DNA from: an uncultured Chloroflexia bacterium
GTDB taxonomy: Bacteria; Chloroflexota; Anaerolineae; B4-G1; SLSP01
Reading direction: 5' to 3'
NCBI GenBank assembly: GCA_963751345.1
Contig: CAVVUS010000011.1
Span: 280,068-320,067 of the forward strand
DNA length: 40,000 nucleotides
Shown here piece by piece: positions 26,051-33,100 of this stretch (positions are counted from its first letter, which is position 1; each line of letters starts with the position of its first letter). A program made the translations under genes and the position numbers. Below the pieces are notes generated by a model, which did not search any database, was not told the DNA's origin, and saw only the letters and a program-made list of their open reading frames with translations.

Positions 26051-26069
26051 GGGTGCCTTCTTTCGTCTA

Positions 26070-26148
26070 TGACGATTGACGGGTGACGATTGACCGGATC
26101 GACGCGAAACTTCCGGATCTGGATCACTCGTCACTCGTTAATCGTCAC
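26070..26148. repeat. Direct and inverted repeats in the gp25/baseplate-J intergenic region
   Basis: TGACGATTGAC occurs at 26070-26080 and 26084-26094. GTGACGATT (26083-26091) is the reverse complement of AATCGTCAC (26140-26148). TCACTCG is tandemly repeated at 26124-26137. CCGGATC occurs at 26094-26100 and 26113-26119. Confidence 0.6.
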
Positions 26149-26165
26149 GTGTTTCTCGTCATCCC

Positions 26166-26561
26166 TTATTCCTCGGGTATCAAGTAGAACGGATAGACCA
26201 GGCTCCGTTGATCGTGCGTCGCCTTGATCTCATATCGAATGCCGATGACCAGGGTGTTGTCCGCCTCGGCGTCCTGCTGCACGTCCACCTGGATCACGCG
26301 GATGCGCGGCTCCCACATTCCCAGCGCTTCCTCCACGTAGCGCCGCGCCCGCGCCGCCGTGTGGCTGTTGTTGGGGGCGAAGACCAACTCGTGCAGCCGG
26401 CATCCGAAGGTCGGCCGCATCACGCGCTCGCCCGGCGAAGTCGACAGGATGATGTAGATGGCCTGATCGATCTCGCTGCGCTCGTGCGTCAGCGCGATCC
26501 CGCCCTGCGCGCCGATCTGCGGTGGGAAGACCCACCCACGACCTACGATGTCATCCGGCAT
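26166..26561 (-). CDS. GPW/gp25-family baseplate wedge protein (Afp9-like)
   Basis: ..GRGWVFPPQIG..GGIALTHERSEIDQAIYIILSTSPGERVMRPTFGCRLHELVFAPNN.. is the canonical GPW_gp25 pattern; 131 aa. Confidence 0.9.
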   Translation of the reverse strand: MPDDIVGRGWVFPPQIGAQGGIALTHERSEIDQAIYIILSTSPGERVMRPTFGCRLHELVFAPNNSHTAARARRYVEEALGMWEPRIRVIQVDVQQDAEADNTLVIGIRYEIKATHDQRSLVYPFYLIPEE

Positions 26562-26564
26562 AGG

Positions 26565-26966
26565 CTATCCCCCAATCATGACCGTACCCGCCGCGACAAT
26601 CTGGGCGGCCATGTTCGGCACAGGATCGGCGCACGTCTGCGCCTGATCGCCGGCCCTTGCCGCAGGCTTGCCGTTGATCATCACCGTGGCGCTGCCCCGC
26701 ATGATCGTGCCCCGGTTCAGAGGTGGGATCTGGAACACCGTGCCGGGCGGGGTGGGCAGGTGCGGCGGCGTGTTCGTCGCCGTGCTTCCGACCGTGGCGG
26801 CGGGCATCCCCGCGATCTTCACGGTCGGGCTCAGGTTCCCGTCGATGATGCCCGCGAAGGGATGGGGCAGGGGCGTCGGCACCGGCCCGCCCGGAGACGG
26901 CACCATCACGATGTGCATATCCACCGCCGTGATCTGATCTCCCTGCTTTGCTGCTGGCTGTCCCAT
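26565..26966 (-). CDS. PAAR-domain spike-tip protein (Afp10-like)
   Basis: MGQPAAKQGDQITAVDMHIV..PHPFAGIIDGNLSPTVKIAGMPAATVGS..MINGKPAARAGDQAQTC.. shows PAAR-like repeats. AAGGAG lies upstream of the ATG at 26966. Confidence 0.85.
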   Translation of the reverse strand: MGQPAAKQGDQITAVDMHIVMVPSPGGPVPTPLPHPFAGIIDGNLSPTVKIAGMPAATVGSTATNTPPHLPTPPGTVFQIPPLNRGTIMRGSATVMINGKPAARAGDQAQTCADPVPNMAAQIVAAGTVMIGG

Positions 26967-27020
26967 CGTCCGTACTCCTTACTCCGACTCCTGCCGAAGA
27001 CGTGTCACCGGCACATCTCT

Positions 27021-27055
27021 ATCGCTGAAAGCTGTCAGCTATCAGCTAATAGCTA
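27021..27055. repeat. Five tandem heptamers (NNAGCTN) at and after the vgrG stop codon
   Basis: ATCGCTG AAAGCTG TCAGCTA TCAGCTA ATAGCTA, read directly on the + strand. The segment is locally AT-rich and lies in the 86-nt vgrG-PAAR spacer. Confidence 0.6.
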
Positions 27056-28738
27056 ATTCAAATTGATCATTGCGCCCTTGATATTCATCTGTCCGCCCGC
27101 CTGAAGGTCCATATTCGCGCCGGACTCGATCTTCAAGCTGCCGTTGGCCTTGACCGACACCTCGCTGCCCTCGAGCGTGACCTTGCCGCCGCTGTCGGCC
27201 AGTGTGAAGACGATGCCACCGCTGGTCGTGATCTTCACCTCGCGGTTGGCGTCATCCAGGATGAGTTGGTGGCCGCCCTGCGTGACGATCTCGATCTTGT
27301 TGTCGGCGTTGTCGTAGACGGTGATGTGGTGCCCGGACCGCGACCGCCAAGTGCGCACCTGCGGTCGCTCCCCACCGCTCGACGGCACCTCGGGGGGCGG
27401 GGCGTCCTGTCCGTTCCAGAGCCCCCCGAGGACGAAGGGCCTGCGAAAATCCCCGTGGTCGAAGATGACCAGTACCTCGTCGTCGACCTCCGGCATCACG
27501 TAGAGGCCGGCCTCGGGGCCCGCCCCAATGCCCACCACGCGCGCCCAGTCGCTCTCAGCATCCTGTGTCATCCATGGGAACTTGACCTTGACCCGCCCAC
27601 GGTGGTCGGGATCCTCGGTGTTCGTCACTATCCCGATGGCGGCACCGGGATAGCGCTCCTCGACGCTCCGCACGCCCAGGTCCTCGATCAACTGCCCGGT
27701 GCGCGCTCCTCTGACGGTGAAAGTCGTCTTGAGTCCCTCGGCCGTGTAGCTGTGGCGGGCGCTTGTGACCAGATAGGTGCCGCTGAAGCGGTCGCCCAAT
27801 GCCTCGAGTGTGATCGTCTTGCCCGCCCGGATATCCGGGCGGCGAAGCGCGAGGCCCTCCGCCTGGACGAAGGCGCCGCTGAGCTCGTTGAGCCGCGCCT
27901 TGGCGAGGGTGTCCGCCTCGGCCTGGCTGGCGACGTTCTGCCCCAGCACGATACGCTTCCCGCTGCCGAAGGATTGGGCCCAGGAGGCGCCGTCTTGCGA
28001 CTCCTCGATGTCAGGATAGAGCGCCCCACGCTGCGCGCGGCCGACGATCGGGTCTTTCCGCTCAACCGACCACCCGCGCACGACCACCTCATCCACCTGC
28101 TCGGCAAGGTTCATCCACGGGTGGAAGGATAGCAGGTCCTCCCCCCAGCTGAGGGGGCTTCCCCCTCCCGAGGCAGAAGAGGGCTTCTTGAAGATCAGCT
28201 TACCGTCGTCGACGTAGCACTCGTACCCGATCCGCCAGGCGCGCTCCTGGAGAAAGGCGAGGTCGGACTGGTTGTGCTGAAATATATGGTCATAGACCGT
28301 CGGCGTTGGATCGACCTCGGCCTGCAGCCCGGCGGCCCCGGCGATCTCGCCGGCCAGGTCGCTGTCCTTCTTGTTGAGGTGTGCCCGGCTCTTCTGCTCC
28401 CGATACAGGCGGTGTGATTTGTCGTAGCCGCGCGCCACCAGCCGTGCGATCATGCCCTCCTGAAACGCGGGCTCCAGCGCCGTGATCTCACCCTTGATGA
28501 GGATGACCCACTCGCCACCGGCCGTCTGCGCCGAGATCTCGACCTCCTTGGTCAGGTCAAAGAGTCCTTCGTCGATCAACTCGAAGTCGGGGTCTTGGAG
28601 CAGCACCGAGAAGGTGCCGGGCAGGTGGACGTGCTGGTCGACGTCGACGGAGAGGACGTGCCCCATGGTGTCGGGCTCGACCTCCGTCCCGTTGACCTTG
28701 ATCTTGATCTGACTGGCCAGTGCAGACGGTTCAGGCAT
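27053..28738 (-). CDS. VgrG/gpD-gp5-like central spike protein (Afp8-like)
   Basis: N-terminal phage late control D-like region. Gp5 OB-fold ..GIVTNTEDPDHRGRVKVKFPWM..DWARVV..GLYVMPEVDDEVLVIFDHGDFRRPFVLGGLWNG.. C-terminal beta-helix repeats. ATG at 28738 follows GGAGGT. Confidence 0.9.
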   Translation of the reverse strand: MPEPSALASQIKIKVNGTEVEPDTMGHVLSVDVDQHVHLPGTFSVLLQDPDFELIDEGLFDLTKEVEISAQTAGGEWVILIKGEITALEPAFQEGMIARLVARGYDKSHRLYREQKSRAHLNKKDSDLAGEIAGAAGLQAEVDPTPTVYDHIFQHNQSDLAFLQERAWRIGYECYVDDGKLIFKKPSSASGGGSPLSWGEDLLSFHPWMNLAEQVDEVVVRGWSVERKDPIVGRAQRGALYPDIEESQDGASWAQSFGSGKRIVLGQNVASQAEADTLAKARLNELSGAFVQAEGLALRRPDIRAGKTITLEALGDRFSGTYLVTSARHSYTAEGLKTTFTVRGARTGQLIEDLGVRSVEERYPGAAIGIVTNTEDPDHRGRVKVKFPWMTQDAESDWARVVGIGAGPEAGLYVMPEVDDEVLVIFDHGDFRRPFVLGGLWNGQDAPPPEVPSSGGERPQVRTWRSRSGHHITVYDNADNKIEIVTQGGHQLILDDANREVKITTSGGIVFTLADSGGKVTLEGSEVSVKANGSLKIESGANMDLQAGGQMNIKGAMINLN

Positions 28739-28881
28739 TACGACAAGACCTCCGGAGACGTGTTTCCGAGGACGGGCCACCATCCATCCTCTCCGACAGC
28801 TGGTCCCACGATGATGCGCCATCGGGGGTGGCCCACCGACCTGCCTCTACGACGACGTGGCGTCAGCATCGTGTCACGACC

Positions 28882-29559
28882 TCAAATTGCCGGGATGATG
28901 AGCTGCTGACCCGCGCGCAGTGCCAGCGGGTCGGTCAGATGGTTATAGTCGGCGATGACGCGCCAGCGGGTGGCGTCGCCGTAGACCTCGTGGGCGATGG
29001 TGTCGAGCCGGTCGCCGGCGATGACGCGCCAGACGCGCTCGATATCCCCGCCGCCCGACGTCGGATTCTGGCTGGGATAGTCCTCCAGATCCTTGTGCTG
29101 TGTGAACGTCACGTCTACCTTGGCGCGTACCGGTGTGCCATCAGGTTTGAAGAGCGTGAACTTCTGGGTCATGTTGGTGATGACGGCCACAAAGCGGAAG
29201 ACACCCCACTCGAATGCGACCTCGGGTGGGGGCACCTTGCGATTCCGGTTGCCCTCGCGCCGGGTCTTGGACTCCATGAGCTTCCAGAGCCGATTGGTCT
29301 GCAGGCTGACGTCCTCGTCGCTCTCGTAGGTGTCGAAGACCAGGCTCAGCTTCAGTGTCTGGGGCCCGGCCTTCTCGAACTCGAAGCTCGGGACATCCGA
29401 GCGGTTCTGCCGCTCCTCTTTGTATGAGTTCCGCTTGGTCACGGTGTACTCGAAGGGGTTGAACATACAGCCCACCGAGACACCGCCACCCTTCTCCTCC
29501 CCGGACTCGTCGACCTCGTAGATGCGGGCAGCCTGCAGGCTACTGCGTGTTTCGGGCAT
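28882..29559 (-). CDS. Tube-initiator/baseplate hub protein with C-terminal LysM domain (Afp7-like)
   Basis: The N-terminal ..CMFNPFEYTVTK..LSLVFDTYE.. is tube-fold-like. The C-terminal WRVIAGDRLDTIAHEVYGDATRWRVIADYNHLTDPLALRAGQQLIIP is LysM. The ATG overlaps the upstream stop (TGATG at 29557-29561). Confidence 0.85.
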   Translation of the reverse strand: MPETRSSLQAARIYEVDESGEEKGGGVSVGCMFNPFEYTVTKRNSYKEERQNRSDVPSFEFEKAGPQTLKLSLVFDTYESDEDVSLQTNRLWKLMESKTRREGNRNRKVPPPEVAFEWGVFRFVAVITNMTQKFTLFKPDGTPVRAKVDVTFTQHKDLEDYPSQNPTSGGGDIERVWRVIAGDRLDTIAHEVYGDATRWRVIADYNHLTDPLALRAGQQLIIPAI

Positions 29560-31511
29560 CAGGACCTCCTCTGCGAGCGCTCACGCTCCATCGCCAGACG
29601 GTGCTTGACCTCGTCGTAGACCCTGCGGGCAAGCTCGTCGAGATCGACGGCGGGTGACGCCTCTTCTGGATTCTGTGGCTCCGCTCCGAGGTCCGCCGGC
29701 GGCTCAGCCGCCGATTCGGTCGCGTCCGGCACAGGCGCTTCCTGCGGCGCCGGGAGGGATTCCTCCTCCGCCGGTCGCTCGGCCACGATCCGTTGGATGA
29801 CCGCGGGCCCGCGTGCTGGGGCCGTCGGCACGGTGGTCTGACGGGGCGCCGGGGGCATCTGCGGTTGGGCCTCAGATGCTGTCTGGACACCGCGTGTCTG
29901 CCCACGCGCCTCTGCGTTCTGGGGCACCGGTTCCCCAATCAGGCTCCAGAGATCCGCGGGCAGAGGACCGATGGGCGTCTCGATGAACGGGATCTCCGCT
30001 CCAGGCCGCAGCTCAGCGCCCTCGCTCCGGGCTTCCGTAGCTTCGGCGGCGGGCGGTGCCGTGCGACGGACTTGGCGCTGGGCCGGACGCTCGGCGGGTG
30101 CAGGCCGAGGCCCGCGCGGTGCGAGGGTCTCGATGGTGGAGCGGGTGCGCCTGCCTGCCGCTATCTGTGCCAGCATTCTCCCCACGGGCTCGGGTGCGGC
30201 GACGGTCGTGACCGGTACACCGCCCGGCACCTGTCGACCTGCCGATGGGCTTGTGTCCTCGTGGAGGACGACGGGCTCGGCAGTGGTTGGTCCCCGGACC
30301 TCACGCTCGACCGCAGACGCAGTGGAACTCCGACGCGGCCTCGGCGACAGCCCCTGCGGCGTGCGCTCGACGCCCCAGGCCTGCTGTAAGGGGAGCGGCT
30401 GCGTGGGCCTTTCACCGGGCGCGGACTCTGCTTCAGGGACGGTCTCTTCGCGACCCGGCACTGCCTCTGGCGCAGGGGCTTCGTCCGGACGCAGGGCCTC
30501 AACACTCATCGGTTCGAAGGCCCCGGCAGGCTCTGGTGGGCGCAGGTCAACGCGAGCGGCTTGCCGCACCACCGGCGAAGGTGCTCTCCGCTCGTCCGGC
30601 GCCGTCGGCCCGGATTGGGTGGCCCTTTCGTGAGACTCCTCTCCCATCGGTTGCCGCGCCTGCTCCGGCGCAGTCACGTCCGAACGAGCTGCTGTGTCGA
30701 CGCGCGCAGGCGCCATAGGCGCGCGCTGAACCGTTGGCATGCCGCCCGCGTCTTCGACCCGGCTGTCTTCCCGTTCGCTGATGTTGGCTGGACGGGGGGA
30801 CCCCGGTGCTTGTGCTCTCGATCGCTCGCGGCCCGGCCCCTCCGTGGGGCTATCCTGCGTTTCGGCTGCGCGCGTCTGCGGGACGCGTGAGATCGCGGCC
30901 TTGGCCGTACCCTCTGCTAGGTTTCCCGATCCGCGGCCTATCGCCTCCCGGGGCGAGCTTGCGAGGGGCAGAGAGGATGCCTCGGACTCCACGTTCGTCC
31001 CGGCTTCCGACCCGACCGTGGGCTGCGCCTCTTTCCCCTGGTGCCGCTGGAAGATCGTCTGGAGCCGGTGCCATACGGTGTCCGTGATCGGCGCGTCAGA
31101 CCCGGCTGGCGCGTCTCCCGGTCCCTCGGCGGCCGCAACTGCGGCCTGCACTGCCGCGCGGCGCGCCACGGTAGGTTGGGCAGGGCGTGAGGTGGGAGCA
31201 CGTTCCGGCATCTCGGGTGACAGGCCCGCGCCAGCGACATCCCGCAGCGGTGGTCCGGGCAGCGTTGGGGAGACCGTCGGCCTGGTTTCGGCCGGCATTG
31301 CGCTGGCGACCGGCGTTGGCTCGCCGACGATCCGCGCCGATGGGCTGACAGGCTCACCGTCCCTCACCGGTACCGCGACGACCGTCTCCGTTGGCCTGCG
31401 CGGGATCTCGACCGGCGTCGAGGCCGCCCTGAAGAGTGTGGCGACCGACCGGTGGCGCATCACGCGGCGCACCAGTAAATCACTCAATCCCAGCGTCGGT
31501 CTGAATGCCAT
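29559..31511 (-). CDS. Pro/Ala/Glu/Arg-rich low-complexity protein in the tape-measure position (Afp14-like candidate)
   Basis: About 650-aa ORF between tube-2 and the LysM hub, translationally coupled at its 3' end. No recognisable catalytic motif. C-terminal helix ..LDELARRVYDEVKHRLAMERERSQRRS. ATG at 31511 follows GGGGAG. Assignment is by synteny only. Confidence 0.5.
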   Translation of the reverse strand: MAFRPTLGLSDLLVRRVMRHRSVATLFRAASTPVEIPRRPTETVVAVPVRDGEPVSPSARIVGEPTPVASAMPAETRPTVSPTLPGPPLRDVAGAGLSPEMPERAPTSRPAQPTVARRAAVQAAVAAAEGPGDAPAGSDAPITDTVWHRLQTIFQRHQGKEAQPTVGSEAGTNVESEASSLPLASSPREAIGRGSGNLAEGTAKAAISRVPQTRAAETQDSPTEGPGRERSRAQAPGSPRPANISEREDSRVEDAGGMPTVQRAPMAPARVDTAARSDVTAPEQARQPMGEESHERATQSGPTAPDERRAPSPVVRQAARVDLRPPEPAGAFEPMSVEALRPDEAPAPEAVPGREETVPEAESAPGERPTQPLPLQQAWGVERTPQGLSPRPRRSSTASAVEREVRGPTTAEPVVLHEDTSPSAGRQVPGGVPVTTVAAPEPVGRMLAQIAAGRRTRSTIETLAPRGPRPAPAERPAQRQVRRTAPPAAEATEARSEGAELRPGAEIPFIETPIGPLPADLWSLIGEPVPQNAEARGQTRGVQTASEAQPQMPPAPRQTTVPTAPARGPAVIQRIVAERPAEEESLPAPQEAPVPDATESAAEPPADLGAEPQNPEEASPAVDLDELARRVYDEVKHRLAMERERSQRRS

Positions 31512-31591
31512 CAGACGTCTATCTCCCCTTGCTACGCATAGCAACCACTATCTAGGCCGGCGGACGCTCGTGCCACTGCTTGGCCCGTCGC

Positions 31592-32007
31592 CTATTCATA
31601 CGACACGGTGACCTCGCCGCATGCCATCTCCAGTGTCTCTATCGCGACGCTGTTGGCGTCGGATTGGAGCTGCGGACCCTTCCAGCTCGTGGGGAAGGCA
31701 TCATTGACGTGCCAGATCATCACGGGCTCTTTCTCCTCGTTTAGGAGCGTGATCGTGAGGGTCTTCCGCGTCGGCGGGCCTTGCATGCACGCCATGTACC
31801 AGTCCACCAGCGCCCTCCTGCCGACCCCATTCTTCAGGCTCAACTTGGCCGCTTTGCGCTGGCCCGGCAGTTGATGCACGTAGGTGTTGAGCCCCCCTCC
31901 TTCACGGACTCGACATCCCACTCAACCACCGGTAGGACCGTCTCCGTGAACGCAGCCTGGGGCTCGCCGTCCACTGCCACGATGAAGCGAAATGACGGTA
32001 TTGGCAA
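31592..32007 (-). CDS. Second tube-family protein (T4 gp19-like, Afp5-like), frameshifted at a G6 run in this assembly
   Basis: Upstream frame from TTG 32007: (M)PIPSFRFIVAVDGEPQAAFTETVLPVVEWDVESVKEGG. Downstream frame (ORF 31592..31921): ..GGLNTYVHQLPGQRKAAKLSLKNGVG..AFPTSWKGPQLQSDANSVAIETLEMACGEVTV. The switch is at the C6 run 31892-31897 (+ strand); one more G on the coding strand restores a 138-aa tube protein. Confidence 0.8.
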
Positions 32008-32012
32008 AGCCT

Positions 32013-32216
32013 CTATCCTCTCGATCGTTCCCGTTCGCCGGCGATGTCTTGCTTCAGCAGCGCGTAGACGCGATCTGCCACTTGGCGGACCAACTCGTCA
32101 GTCATGGGCACCCGCGACGCCCCAGGCGTAACGGCGCGCTGCGGCGAAGGCCGATCGCTGACCGGTGGCGCAACAGCACGTACCTCCTGCTGGTCTTCCA
32201 CATCGCCCTCTGCCAT
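32013..32216 (-). CDS. Small hypothetical protein (67 aa) with a C-terminal RVY..ERERS helix motif
   Basis: The ORF lies in the same frame as the upstream chaperone-like gene, separated from it by a single TAG plus three codons. GGAGA lies about 13 nt upstream of its ATG. The C-terminus ADRVYALLKQDIAGERERS resembles the C-terminus of the tape-measure-like protein. Confidence 0.4.
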   Translation of the reverse strand: MAEGDVEDQQEVRAVAPPVSDRPSPQRAVTPGASRVPMTDELVRQVADRVYALLKQDIAGERERSRG

Positions 32217-32225
32217 CCCTGCCCC

Positions 32226-32621
32226 CTATCTCCTCGTCCCCTGCTCACCTTGCGTTCCATCGCCCTCGTCCACCCGCGCAGGTGCTACCTTGAACTGGAG
32301 CTCCGAACTGCAGTGCGGACAGACCGTTCGCACGACCATGCCGTCGTAGCTGTTCAGCCGTAGGTAGACGTCCTCCAGGTAGGCGAGGTCGGCAGCATAG
32401 AGCTGTTCCACGATCGCGGGCGTCACGTGCGGCAGCGTTCCGAGCTGCGTAATCACCCGGCTGAGCAAGATGATGGGTAGATAGGCCTCGTTTGCCTGCA
32501 CCCGCGGATGGGCCACGGACTCGATCTCATCCAAGGCCGTGGCCATCCGCATCCGCCCAACGCGGTGGGTCTGCCCGTCACCGTTGCTGTAGCCATAAGG
32601 CAGGGTGAACTCGAAGTCCAT
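32226..32621 (-). CDS. Tail assembly chaperone-like protein (P2 gpE-like position and pattern)
   Basis: 131 aa between tube and tape-measure-like genes: MDFEFTLPYGYSNGDGQTHRVGRMRMATALDEIE..LPIILLSRVITQLGTLPHVTPAIVEQLYAADLAYLEDVYLRLN resembles gpE-type chaperones in pattern. One CPHC motif near the C-terminus. Not verified by HMM. Confidence 0.45.
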   Translation of the reverse strand: MDFEFTLPYGYSNGDGQTHRVGRMRMATALDEIESVAHPRVQANEAYLPIILLSRVITQLGTLPHVTPAIVEQLYAADLAYLEDVYLRLNSYDGMVVRTVCPHCSSELQFKVAPARVDEGDGTQGEQGTRR

Positions 32622-32625
32622 AGGT

Positions 32626-33072
32626 TCAGATCTCGACGCGGCTTATGTACTCGTGCGCGATGGTGAGTTCCTCTACCCCGATCTCGTTGCTATCGGACTT
32701 GGGCTGCGGCCCGGTCACCTTGACCGGCCAGGCGCGTCTGAACTCCCAGCGGGCCACGGGGTTCAGCTCCTCGTCGAACATCGTGATGGAGCCGTCGTGC
32801 CGGGCTTCCTCGACCCGCCCATCCTCCACCATCTTGCGCCAGTCCCAGATGTCCATGCTGCTGGTGATCCCGCGTTTCAGCGTGATGTTCTCCCACTTGA
32901 GCCGTCCCGGTATTTTCATGACCACTTCCTGGCCCTGGTCGGTGACGACTTTGTGCTCGATCACCTCGTGCTCGGATCCAAGTCCGCTGCACTCCGTGAA
33001 GTAGCCCTTCACGACTTCCTGAACTTCAACGGCAAAGTGAAACCCTACAAGGGGATCCTCGCGGTCAGGCAT
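32626..33072 (-). CDS. Tail tube protein (T4 gp19 family, Afp1-like)
   Basis: MPDREDPLVGFHFAVEVQEVVKGYFTECSGLGSEHEVIEHK..GRLKWENITLKRGITSS..WDWRK.. is typical of CIS inner tube proteins. AAAGGAG lies upstream. Confidence 0.9.
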   Translation of the reverse strand: MPDREDPLVGFHFAVEVQEVVKGYFTECSGLGSEHEVIEHKVVTDQGQEVVMKIPGRLKWENITLKRGITSSMDIWDWRKMVEDGRVEEARHDGSITMFDEELNPVARWEFRRAWPVKVTGPQPKSDSNEIGVEELTIAHEYISRVEI

Positions 33073-33100
33073 TGCATTCTCCTTTCATTCCTCTCATTCC

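Noticed and set aside
29793-31611. + strand ORFs 29793..30389, 29971..30633, 30245..30718 and 30739..31611, and the - strand alternative frames
   Set aside because: All frames are open in this very GC-rich low-complexity stretch. Only the 29559..31511 minus-strand frame is coupled to flanking CIS genes (TGATG overlap, SD-preceded ATG).
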